DNA of 64,000 bases from assembly GCA_001643675.2 (NCBI GenBank), contig LSRY02000029.1:930001-994000 (forward strand), read 5' to 3'. Made by a program: the position numbers and the translations under genes. Origin of the DNA: Monocercomonoides exilis PA203 (Eukaryota > Protista > Preaxostyla). The notes beneath the pieces are model-generated. The model was not told where the DNA came from, did not search any database, and saw nothing but the letters and a program-made list of their open reading frames with translations. Positions 49,690 to 61,308 of the stretch are shown here, in pieces; positions within the stretch are counted from its first letter, which is position 1, and every line of letters begins with the position of its first letter.

Positions 49690-50760
49690 TTTCGTAGGAA
49701 AGTGAGAGTTGATTGTTTTGCTGAAAGCAACGAATGCGACAGGCCTAGGATGCCATGGGGATGCGTTGATACGGTTGTTTCGTGCCCTTTGAATGTGTTT
49801 ACGTGGGAACGGGAGCTGCTGCAGATGTGCTAAGAGTCTTTCAACAACATCTTATCGCATCGAACACTGCATTCCAGAAAATGTGGCATCTTCCGAGGTT
49901 AGAAACAAAGATTATGTTAGTATTTATCTCTATCCGCTTCGCGTCAGAGTTGACTTTTAGTGCACAAGCATTCACCCTTTTGATTCTTCGCATTCTGAAT
50001 ATGTTAAATTTTTGGCTTCTTCTAATGATGTTCAAAACTTTTCCTCACCGAATCAGATAGAAGGTGTGCAGGGAAAATGCCTTCTTTTTTTCTGTCTGCT
50101 TAATAGAGTGCTTCTTTGCTTGCGCTATAAATCATTTTCCAGCTGTTATCGAAAGCGATGAAATAGATCTTTCAATTTCATTGAAGGTTCATTTAAAAAT
50201 ATTCAGTGATTCCTTATTCATCGATAATTACAAAAATGACAAAATAGAGGAGATCGTCTATGCCCAGTTCACAAAATCCATTTGCAACGTACCATTCTGA
50301 ACAATGATCAGCTCAGCGGTGAATGCTGTTTCCGTTGATTGCCCGCTCCAAAAAGATATGTTCAGTCTGCTGACGCTCATTCCTCCAGCTCCACTTATCC
50401 CAACAACCTTGAACCACTGTTATTCGGATGAGACGAGTCACGCACAAGATCAAAGTACCTGTCAGTCAATGTGCCTGTTGAGACTGAAAAAAGAGCCAGT
50501 CCAGATGCTTCAGATTCTGTTTGGATTGCTGTGCTCATATTGCTTTGGCCATAAACAGAAAAAGTGTCTGTTCCACAATCAAAACTATTTGTTTCGATTA
50601 TCGTACATGAAAGGAGTTCAACATTGGGAACCAAGTCTGGAATGTGTTGAGTCAAACAATGGTTAATTGTGATGCAGTGATAGCTTTCATAAAGTCAACG
50701 TGCATCTGTGTCTTTTGCATTATGTTGCATTTTCAATGAGGAAATAAATCTGATTTTTCC
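49690..50760 (-). pseudogene. Decayed beta-helix/Pmp-like family fragment (cargo of element B)
   Basis: FSVYGQSNMSTAI..ALFSVSTGTL resembles ISVIGKGKDKSSI..ALFSVSTGYL of the element-D cargo. Several stops are present. Confidence 0.6.
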
Positions 50761-51433
50761 AAAATCATGAGGAAGTCATTCGCTTTAATCAATGATTGAA
50801 TTGAAATAAGTGCAAACTCTATGTGATGTTTCCCTGGTGGAATAGCAACTTGGATCAACGATATTTATTGTTGAGCTATGAAGGGCAATATCGTGTTCGC
50901 TTTTTATGTATGTATTATTGTGTGAAAATGCAGTAATTTAGCAATGTTCCGCTGTTGTAATTTTGAATTTCAATGTCGGTAAACCATCTTCCACATATGA
51001 AATAGAAATTTTTAAAGAGATAACTCAAAATAACATCTTGGCAGTGATGTTCCAACGCAATTTCTCTTCTCGAGATGAAGATGAACACAATAACATTCCA
51101 ATAAAGTGTTTGAGAAATCAAACTAATTTTTCAATTTGAAAACTCTTGAAATCGATTAGACCAGAAATGTGTTGCAAAAGAGCAAATCAAATGAAAAACA
51201 ACAAGTGCATTTTCACCAGAAAATCAAATCTTAAATTGATCTGAAAAATAATATCATAATAATTTTTGAACATCAATTTTTTTCCGTATGAATCGGTTTT
51301 TCATTTGTAAACACACATGTAATAAATTTTTTCGAATATTTTCGTTAAATAATGGTCACGGAGTGTTTTTGAATTAACTGCCATGGGACAAATTTTTGAT
51401 CTGCAGCGACTTTTCAAAAATAACGACCCATAT

Positions 51434-51670
51434 GGGAAATTCTTTTTGAAAAGTCGCAAATGTTTAATAAAAAAAATCGAAAATTTCATATTTTGCTCAA
51501 ATTTCTGTTTCCACTCACGAATCTTCCAAAAAATGTATGAAATAGCATTATCCAGAAATATATTCCATATTAGTGAAGTTCGGTTGGTGGAAACATTAAT
51601 TTGAGCAAAATATGAAAATTTTGATTTTTTTGAAAAATAAACATTTGCGACTTTTCAAAAAGAATAACCC
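51434..51670. mobile_element. MITE 'M2' (237 bp, ATAT TSD)
   Basis: GGGAAATTCTTTTTGAAAAGTCGCAAATGTTT...AAACATTTGCGACTTTTCAAAAAGAATAACCC, with ATAT on both sides. Confidence 0.88.
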
Positions 51671-51862
51671 ATATCAAAAATAACCACCCCATATTTTTAG
51701 ATATTTCAAAAATATAATCAAGAATTCAATGCATGGGTAATTATTTTTGTATCCATATTTTCTCGATCAAATTTTTTTTTCTGAGAATTCACTATGAATA
51801 CTGTATAATCTATTTTGAAAAGAAATAAATCCTTTTAACTATTTTTTTCCTTGAATATGTGC

Positions 51863-52046
51863 GGGAAATTTTGTGACTACAAGCTTTTTCAATGAAAAAT
51901 TGTGAACTTTTTGTTGACTTGTTGTGATCAAAAAATATTTATAAAACAAGTCCATTTTTTGACATTCATGAAATGTCAATGAACTTTATGTTTTGATTTC
52001 AATGATACCTGTTCGAGGATATGATAATCCAATTTATTTTGAAATC
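51863..52046 (-). mobile_element. Partial inverted copy of MITE 28729-28995
   Basis: The reverse complement aligns by eye to ~28810-28995 (GATTTCAAAATAAATT..CATATCC..AACAGG..TTGAAATCAAA). Confidence 0.6.
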
Positions 52047-52475
52047 ATATTTTTTCATTCATAATTTTCTGTTCAAAAACTTATCTTGAATATCAATTAA
52101 AAAAAGTTGAAAAGTGAAAAGGCTTATTGAATGCATTTTAATCTTCGATTCGGAAAAACCATTTGTTTATAATAACAATTATCATTCTTTTTCACTTTTC
52201 AAATAAAATTTTTCTTTCAAAAACCAACAATCTTTGAAAAATCAACGCCCAGAAAAAAGATATGATAACAAAAATAGTCACCCATTTATTCATTTATATT
52301 TTTAGTAGTGGAAAACCAGTGACGGACGATGTGTATTTTTTCCCTCACATCACTCATTCCAAATTGCTGTGCTCCTTTTAATAAAAGAGATTTAAAATAA
52401 AACCATGAAATATCTATTCCAAATGTTATGGTTCAGACCATAACTTCATAATGCAAATTATATGTGTGATCAAAA

Positions 52476-55400
52476 ATGTTTTTTCATCACTTTTTATTTT
52501 TGCTTGCTTTTGAAAATGTTTGGTGCCTTTCAACGGAACAAATCATTCAATCTGTCACAATATTTCCTCCAACTGGTTCACGAATAAACCCTCGTTATTC
52601 ACCGTTCGTTCACTGTTTTTCAAATAATGGAAAACCAAGTTTGTTCATTTATGGAGGTTTTGGAGAAAACGAAAAAGCGCTTTCAGATGCATATATTGCA
52701 AATCTTGAACCTTTTTTTTCGTCACGAGTGAGCATTTTTGCTGATGGTCCAAAGCCATTGGTTAAATTTTTTGCACAATTCAAAGTTGGAAACACATTTT
52801 TCATTTGGGGCGGGCAGAAAGACACAAAAATTTCAAATGCCCTTTGGTCATTTGATATTTCATCGCAGGAATGGAAAGAATTGGATGAAGGAAAAACGAT
52901 TCCTGAAGCAAGACATTCAATGGCATACGCATCAGATGGAGATAAACTGTATATTTTTGGTGGGATCAGTGCATCTGGGTTTCTAAATGATCTGTGGGAA
53001 TTTGACACACAAAATAACCAGTGGAAAGAATTGAAAATAGTCACCGGAGGAGTTGGCCCTGAACCTTGCAGCGGTGCAGGTATGCTTGTTGCAAATGGAT
53101 ATGCTGTTGTTTATGGAGGAGATACTGGAGGAGATGATGACTTTTCACTCGATATGTTCAGAATAAAGATCGACACAATTTCTTCTCAATCATGGGAAGA
53201 AGTTAAAATAACTGACAAGGATGGAAACGCAAGCAGCATTCCGAATTCTCGTTCCCAATTTGGTCATGCTACATTTATTTCTTCGGATGGTGCATTTGCG
53301 TATATTCATGGAGGGCGTCAATCAAACAATTTGTTCGATTATCAAAATTCGTTATTAATTCTTGATTGTTGTCAAGTTGTCAAAGAGGGAAATGATATAA
53401 AAACTGCAAAATATAAAGAAATTACATTTAACTTTCCGAAGTTGTTGTGTCTTTGCGGATGTACAACTGATTCAGATGGAAACCTTTTTATTTTTGGAGG
53501 GAAAACGAAGGATTCAATTACAGGAGATTTATATGTCGTCATGAAAGAAGATTTGTCATTAAGGATTTCAGAAGAGGAGATTAAATCCGAGCCAGCAAAA
53601 GAGCGAAGACAAAAATTCAGAAAGAAGATTATTAGTGAAGAATATATAGATACGAAGTCAGGTCAATTAAGCAAACATTCAAAATCAGAAAATAATTCTC
53701 GTTTAATTTATCATGATAGTAATTCTCCGTTCATTCGTTTAATTTCAGTGAATGAACTTGGTCCATCTCCACGTGTGAATCCAACAGTTGGATCATTTTC
53801 CGATGGCTTTTTTGTATATGGAGGACGAGATCCAGAAACAGGAAAAATTTTCAATGATTTATATTCATGGACTTTTCTTGAATCTGATTGGGTTAAAAGG
53901 AATCCAATTGAGGGCTCAGAGACACCTCCAGCAAGAGAGCTTGCATCTTGTTGCATCGAAAGGAGCCGATTATTATTCTTTGGAGGCTTAGGGATTAATC
54001 CACAAACAGGAACTGTAGAACCATCAAATGAATTGTGGGAATTTTCCCTTGAAACACACTCATGGAAACAATTGGGGAAAAAATCTGTGAAAAAGCCAAC
54101 AGCTGTATATGGTGCATCTTCAGTTACATACATGGATCATTTGATTATTTCAGGAGGAATAGATAGGAGTGGAAAAATATCTTCATCTTATTATATGTTT
54201 AATTTTGGCACAGATTCTTGGATGGATGCTTTCTATATTCAACCTTTATTTAAAAATTCACTTTTGGTAACGAACATGATCACTTCGAAAAAAAATAGTG
54301 AAAGTGAACAGCAAAAGTTTGCAAGCAATAAAAAAAAATACACTTTCACGCCTAATTCAACAGATGGCTTCAAAAGCACAAAATGGGATTTGATGTCGAC
54401 AGATAATAAGCAAGTTGAAAACGCCAGTCAAAAAATGAGCAATGATGATGAAACTACACATGCAAATCTAATTGTCATTGGAGGAATGGATGGTATTTCT
54501 CCAATCAAAGGGTTTATATGTTATGACTTGGTAGAGTCGTTGAAGTCAAAAATATCTCAACAAACAAACTGTTCGATGAATGATGAAGATATGAATCATA
54601 TTTTTCACTACCAAGATGGGATGGCATTACCTTTTGAAAATAAAGTATTAATGTTCGGAGGGAGAAATGGAGATCGTGCAATGGATACTTTCAAAGTTGT
54701 AGAATTCGACAAGTATGGCCATGCAACGGTGTCCGAAGATGATGGAACAGAACTTAAAAATGGTATTCATCTTGATGTAGTTGAAGCTGGGTGCACAATT
54801 TTCCAAAAAGACATTATTTGTTTTGGTGGAAGGAAAATAAGGAATGGAGGAATTGTAATGCCAACAGCACTTGATACATTTCGAAATATTAGCATACGAA
54901 AAGATGTTTTAGGTTGTTCACCAGGGTATTTTCAGAATAATGAATATGACTGCGAATTATGTCCTCCAGGCTATTATTCGAATTATCATGGAAGTAAGGT
55001 TTGCCTTCCTTGCCCAGCAGGGACGAATGGCGAATTGAAAGGTGTCCAGGAATTTGATTGCAAATTTGTTGAAGCTGGAAAATTTACAAACACTTCTGGT
55101 TTAACAGAACCAATGAACTGCTCCGAAAAACAGTTTTGTCCAATCGGTTCAGCGTCAAATAACAACACAATGCCAACAGCCGATCCTTCGAGAACAACTC
55201 AACCTCAATCATTCCAAGAGCCATCCAAAGCAGTGGCTGTGATAAATATTATTTCTTATGTTGCTCTGGCGGCTATAGGTTTTGTGGCAGCTTTGTTTCT
55301 TCTCTGTTTTCGAACAAAATCATGCATGTGGAAACTGGATGGATATTCAAGCAAGTATAGTGACTCTCTTGATCCACATACGCACTCTTCAGTCAAACAA

Positions 55401-56569
55401 ATAAGAAAAACAACATTTGGAGGATTTGTTTCAATTGTTGCCATTTTTTTTGTTGCTGGAGTTGTTCTTTCGAATATTTTGGGTTTTTTCTTATTCAACA
55501 TCACTGAGACAAGGACAACAGTCGATGCTTCAACAGAAAGTCATATATTAGAACATTTCACAAACAATCATGTTCTTATCGAGCTGACTTTGATGGACTA
55601 TACTGGAGAATGTGTAGGACCTGTGAATAAAGAGATTAATGAAAAATCTGGTAGGTGTTCAGACAAGTTAGGATTGGGGAAATTATCATTTGATCCAGAT
55701 GGTATGTGTCTGTTTTTTATTGTTAATTAAATTTTGTATAATTTTTTTGTTGCATTCATTAAAAAATATGCCATTTAGGATTGAAAAAAGATCAAAATTT
55801 GTTTTTCACACCAACTTGCACTCAAATTCATTCCAATAATTATTATTGTCGTCCAACACATAATTGCAAGATTACTCTTGAAGGTGAAAACGTAAATATT
55901 CCATTGAAAAATGTTCAAATGGACATTTTTTCCATGTTTTCTTCAGAAAGAAACGTGTCGTGCAGAGCAATAAAAGTTTTTGCATCTTTTGATTCTGCTG
56001 TTCCCGAGCAACATAACCTGAAATTTGGTCCAAATAATTACAATTCTTCAATTGAAGATATCATTTTGAGCGACAATAAAACAGTATTCAGTGGTCCAGT
56101 ATCGACAAACGTAACGTTGGAGCTTGTTAATTCAATTTTTAGTCAAAATGCTCTTCTCAAATCTTCAGATAAAAAAAAAGGACATCTCATCAACCACATT
56201 TCATTCGATAACGGATCCTTTTCAGATTATCCAAACATATATTATAACTTCGGTTTGGGTGTCAATATAAAATTCAAGATGGAAAAATCTGTGGTTGTCA
56301 CTCAGCGTTCAATGAAAATATCTTGGGCAACGTTTTTTTCATCTCTTGGTGGGTCTTTTGTTTTCTTTGGATATTTTGGTAACATTTTACCCGTATTTGA
56401 AATGTTAATGAACATTAATTGGCCTTGCGGAAAAAAAGTGCAAAAGAAAGTTTCTTCAGTGTTTCACGATTCTTTAAGAAATACAAAAAAGGTAGAATCC
56501 CACATTGAATATTTAAAGGAAATGAAGTCAACAATAGATGAACCTCTTTCTTCAAATTCTTTGCTTTGA
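52476..56569 (+). CDS. Signal-peptide Kelch-repeat, Cys-rich (GCC2/GCC3, ephrin-receptor-like) multi-pass membrane protein; exons 52476-55701 and 55779-56569
   Basis: Many Kelch motifs (IYGG, IFGG, NDLWEFD), CSPGYF..CELCPPGYYS..CLPCPAGT repeats and three hydrophobic segments. Intron 55702-55778 (GTATGT..TAG) joins the two ORFs in frame to give 1338 aa. Confidence 0.9.
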
Positions 56570-56882
56570 TGTTTCAACGCTGATAATTGTGTAATTCATT
56601 TATTCATTATGAAAAACAAGAAAAATTTTTATCAAAAATTGTTTGAAATTATAATGGTCTAAGTGGAAAAAATTCTTTTTTTCTGAAAATATTTGTTGAT
56701 CAAAAAACTGAAATGTTATCAAAAATCTGTGTTAATGCCAATAAACGGCAAATGGGTATGATAAGACCAGTGAAAAATTCATATCATAACGATTTCTTTT
56801 TCATATTCCTGCAGGATAAATCATTAGTGCAATGAAGATATAGTCAATTTTTATCATCAATTTTTACAAAGAAAGAAACTTT

Positions 56883-58292
56883 GGGTGGTATTTTTTTCCG
56901 GACATTTTTTTTATCCGGAAAAAAATTTAAAATTTAAATATCTCAACAAATATTCAATATCAATTTCCAGCAATTTGCACAGTTGTATGTTAGCATATAT
57001 GACATCGATTCATATACAAAATTTTCATAGCAGGGTTGTATTTTTTTTTTTGAAATAAATAATTTTTATTTTTGAAAATCCGACTTTTGATGAATTTTTC
57101 TATTGAAATAAAATGATTCAATTTATCCTATATGCATAAAACTTATTTTTTCCATGATATTAACAATTCTGGTTATTTTTTATTTTCCACAATTTGCTCT
57201 TTCTAACGGAATGAAAATCTGTCATTTTTGAAAAATCATTGTCAATGGGACAACTTAAAAAATATTTTTCATTAAATGAAGGAGCATCTAACTGAAACCA
57301 ACACTTGTATAAATTAATATAATAGTTATGGGTGATTATTATTGAAATCATAATTTTTTTAGGTGTGTTGTTTTTTCAAATGTAGTTTATTTTTGGTAAG
57401 AGATTTTGTATTCAAATGCAAAATTTATTTCAAAAGTTTTCAAAAACAAATGTTTAAGCCGAATTGAAGATGAAGATGTTTTTGATAAGCCTTTTCTTTT
57501 ATCATTGTTCGTTTGTTGATATTTTATTAATCTTTTTTAATCGAAATTTTGAAACAGATAAAATATGATTTCAATAATAATCACCCATAACTATTATATT
57601 AATTTATACAAGTGTTGGTTTCAGTTAGATGCTCCTTCATTTAATGAAAAATATTTTTTAAGTTGTCCCATTGACAATGATTTTTCAAAAATGACAGATT
57701 TTCATTCCGTTAGAAAGAGCAAATTGTGGAAAATAAAAAATAACCAGAATTGTTAATATCATGGAAAAAATAAGTTTTATGCATATAGGATAAATTGAAT
57801 CATTTTATTTCAATAGAAAAATTCATCAAAAGTCGGATTTTCAAAAATAAAAATTATTTATTTCAAAAAAAAAAATACAACCCTGCTATGAAAATTTTGT
57901 ATATGAATCGATGTCATATATGCTAACATACAACTGTGCAAATTGCTGGAAATTGATATTGAATATTTGTTGAGATGAGTGATTATTTTTGAAATCATAA
58001 CTTTTTTCGGAGTGTGAATAATTTATTGGTTTTCTGCTATTTTCCCAAAAGGTTAAATTCGAATGTTCCATGCTTTTCAATTGTGACAAACGCTGATATT
58101 TGAGAAAAAAATAATATGCAATAATCTGTTTGTCGTATTTCCACTTTTCAGAATTCATTCAAAAACATTTGATGCTTTTTTTCATTCCGAAATTGTTCAC
58201 AGAAAAAATCTGATTTCAAAAATAATTACCCAGATATTTAAATTTTAAATTTTTGTCCGGATAAAAAAAATGTCCGGATAAAAAAACTACCC
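56883..58292. mobile_element. Foldback / long-TIR non-autonomous element (MULE-like GGG ends)
   Basis: Outer imperfect ~60-bp TIRs (56883-56943 / 58232-58292) enclose 413-bp apparently identical inverted arms 56940-57352 / 57564-57976 with a 211-bp spacer. No TSD was found. Confidence 0.8.
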
Positions 58293-58669
58293 TATTATTT
58301 TTTCAATTTTTGCATTATACTAAAATATAAATTCCGTATTGAAGCCCTAATATTTTTATAAATGAAGTTTTTAATGAAATTTCTTTTAGCGTTAGCCCTA
58401 ATTCATAGAGTTCTGTTGTTAAAATAAGTTTAAATGGGGAAAAAAACCAAAAAAACATTATTATAAAAAATGATGGGCTTGATCAAAGATAATTATCTTT
58501 TTTAAGATTTATTACGTTGGTAGATAATTTAATTTTTGAATAGAATATAATAACTGATCTTAATTAATGAGTTCGTTGAGCTCAGTTTCGATACAGTTTT
58601 AGGTGTTTTCAAGAAAAAAAATCATTACAGGCTGCATAATCCACTTTTGCCCAATAAACTAAAGAACTT

Positions 58670-58672
<3 letters not shown>

Positions 58673-58721
<49 letters not shown>
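58673..58721. repeat. (AT)n microsatellite
   Basis: Pure AT dinucleotide run. Confidence 0.95.
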
Positions 58722-58724
<3 letters not shown>

Positions 58725-59095
58725 TATATATAAGTTTTGGATTATTTTGTTAGAAAAAAATTTATTTTTGAATTTCAAAAAATTTGAGGAAAAACAAGTT
58801 TCCGATTCACTTTCTTCTTCTTTCTCTCTCTTTTTTTATTATTAAGCAAAGCGATGAAAGGCTATTTCAATCCAAAAAAATTTTTTTAAAGATATGTCAC
58901 ATTTTCTCCATGGTCGTTGCGCTTGTTGAAAAATGAAATCAAAGAATTATATATTGCGTTGCGTTTTAACTTTTCATTTGAAAACAAATGAAAAATACAA
59001 AAAGTGAAATGTATCCACGAAAATATCCTTATAATAAGGAAATAAAGACAATAAATTTATAAAAATTGATAAATTATTTATCACTGATACAATTT

Positions 59096-59689
59096 TCAGA
59101 TTTTACTTATTTTTTCTGCTTCGAGCTTTGGATTTAATTTAATAAGAGAAGGATCGATTGATTGCTTCCAATCATATGTGCAATTATGAGATTCTGGAAA
59201 TCGATGTGCAGAACAAAAGTGCAATCCACATGAACAATCAAACGACATAAATCCTAGCTTCTTTTTACAAAAAGCACATTTTGTAGATTGAAAGAGTCCA
59301 GCTGAACTGGATTTTTCTGTTGAGTGATTCGGAAGCTGAGATGCAGTCGAAGTTTCGTTTTCTATTTTTGAATTTTCGCGACGATTTACAATAGCTAAAT
59401 CTGCAGGTTTTTCTTCATTCACAAAATTTGATGATTTTTGTGAAGATATCGGAGAAACACTTTCCTTCAAAGAAGATGACGATGATTTCTGAATTGTTGA
59501 TGAGCTAAAATCACTGTTAACTCCTTCCGATTTTTCCGGTTGCTCTGCTCGATTATGCTGTTGCTTTTGTTGATATTCACGATAACATTTTGAGCACATT
59601 CCCAAAGTTGCTGCACTTCCATAAAACCCGCATCCTGCTTTGCACAACGATGGCTCTTGATAAGAAGATGGTTGTTGAGTTGATGACAT
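59096..59689 (-). CDS. A20/AN1 zinc-finger protein (ZFAND5/6, stress-associated protein family)
   Basis: N-terminal A20 finger LCKAGCGFYGS..MCSKCY and C-terminal AN1 finger CAFCKKKLG..CSCGLHFCSAHRFPESHNCTYD..NPKLEAEKISKI. Confidence 0.95.
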   Translation of the reverse strand: MSSTQQPSSYQEPSLCKAGCGFYGSAATLGMCSKCYREYQQKQQHNRAEQPEKSEGVNSDFSSSTIQKSSSSSLKESVSPISSQKSSNFVNEEKPADLAIVNRRENSKIENETSTASQLPNHSTEKSSSAGLFQSTKCAFCKKKLGFMSFDCSCGLHFCSAHRFPESHNCTYDWKQSIDPSLIKLNPKLEAEKISKI

Positions 59690-60033
59690 TTTCCTTTAAA
59701 AACAGCAGGAACGATTGTTTTAATACAATTGTTAACAACAAAAAAGTTAAGGGCGCATATAATTATTTTATATTGGGTCATCATCAGTTTTTTAGACAAA
59801 AAAATTATTTTCACATTGCATAATCAGCAAAAACATTAAATTGATTAATATCACTTTATTTCTGTTGAAGCCTTTTGAAAAATTAAAATGAAAACAGATT
59901 CATTTAGGTTGAGTATATTTTTTTTTGGTTTAATAATTACTGGCTTTTTCATTTTATTTGACCCTTATATTCACCATGTCATTTGAAAAAATCAATTAGA
60001 CAGCAATGTTCCACAAAGAAAAACTTCCTTGAT

Positions 60034-61308
60034 ATGAAAAATCTGTCAAAAATTAAAGATTCAGATTCATACTTTTATGGGAAAAAATCTATCGACTCAA
60101 ATGAGCAATGGGAAGACTGGAAAAGATGCCGTGATCAAACAAAGCAAGAAGAATTTAAATTTGAAAGAGAGCTTGCGAACATTAAGCAATTTCAACAAAA
60201 ACGCTTATCATCAAATTTGACAACAAAATTGCATTTAAAACAAGATCAACTTTATAACAGCGAGGAAAATGAGGAACGAAATACAAGGGAAATGTCATTT
60301 TGTGAAGAGAAAAGAAATTTGCGAGTTGTTCAATCTTTACCAAATATGTTCCATCAAAAATTTAACTCAACATTCCATACTCGTTCAATAATAACGCAAA
60401 TGAAAGAGCACCCTCAAGAACTTCCTCACACTGCCGAGCATATTGCATTGCCGCTTTCTCCTGAAGATCTTTCTCGTTCATGTGATTTCCCTGATCGCCT
60501 TTCATTAACCGATATTCAATCTTTACAAAGACGCAATCCGTATCGAATGAGGCAAACAATAACGTGCCGTAAAAAAGAGAGGACTTCTGCTTCTTCGAGG
60601 CAATCTGAGAGGCCATCAGCAAGTTTATCAACGTATCTTCAAGCTGTTTCTCCTTCGATGCCATCATCTTTGTCGAATGCTCCAGCTGAAACCAGAGCAC
60701 CTCCGCTGGTCGAACTGCCAATTCCTCTCAAAGCCATCAATGAAGTTCTTCCGCCGCCCGTTATTTCTTTTCCCTCTCCTCTTGTTTCTTCTCTGAAGTG
60801 CTCTGTTGCTCGCACCAGCACATCTTCTGACTCGCCTTATTCTGCACAATCCCCAGATGCATCTTCATCTTCCTCTTTTTCATCATCATCATCATCATCT
60901 TCTTCTTCTTCTTCATCTTCTGAAGACACCCATTTGCTTCTATCATCTTCCTTCTCATCGTCTGCTCTGCCCTTCTCCGTCCGATTTTCGCACAGCTCGC
61001 ACTCCTCTCCCTTGTCTTGTACCGTCTCTGGAGAGTATCCAACAGAAGACCATGTGATTGTCCACCGGTCTGTTCTGATTCCGACTGATACGCCTTTGCA
61101 GCGCTGTGTGGAGCAGTGGGTGTGTGTGCACGGCGTGTGGATGCGGCAGAAGGACGAGCTGAGGAGCTTAGCAGCGCTGATTGAGAAGAAGACACAGGCC
61201 GAGAAGGAACAGGAGCTGATGGTGGCTCAGAGACAAAAGGAGAAAGTGAGGAGAATTAGACAGGAAGGAGAACATGCACAGAGGAAGATAAAGGCAAGTT
61301 GCTTGTGA
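60034..61308 (+). CDS. Hypothetical Ser-rich / coiled-coil protein; start uncertain
   Basis: Long ORF with host-like composition and its first in-frame ATG at 60034. An upstream ATG at 59976 is out of frame and could be joined by splicing. Confidence 0.6.
   Translation: MKNLSKIKDSDSYFYGKKSIDSNEQWEDWKRCRDQTKQEEFKFERELANIKQFQQKRLSSNLTTKLHLKQDQLYNSEENEERNTREMSFCEEKRNLRVVQSLPNMFHQKFNSTFHTRSIITQMKEHPQELPHTAEHIALPLSPEDLSRSCDFPDRLSLTDIQSLQRRNPYRMRQTITCRKKERTSASSRQSERPSASLSTYLQAVSPSMPSSLSNAPAETRAPPLVELPIPLKAINEVLPPPVISFPSPLVSSLKCSVARTSTSSDSPYSAQSPDASSSSSFSSSSSSSSSSSSSSEDTHLLLSSSFSSSALPFSVRFSHSSHSSPLSCTVSGEYPTEDHVIVHRSVLIPTDTPLQRCVEQWVCVHGVWMRQKDELRSLAALIEKKTQAEKEQELMVAQRQKEKVRRIRQEGEHAQRKIKASCL

Larger units (their letters stand above)
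45465..51429. mobile_element. Non-autonomous TIR element 'B' (6.0 kb, ATAT TSD) with host-gene fragments
   Basis: TIR GGGTC(A/G)TT(C/A)TTTTTGAAAAGTCGC (22/24) with ATAT at 45461-45464 and 51430-51433. The left ~1.6 kb resembles an arm of element C. Confidence 0.82.

Noticed and set aside
57160-57756. Two identical 63-aa ORFs on opposite strands
   Set aside because: They are a by-product of the inverted repeat and show no coding signature.
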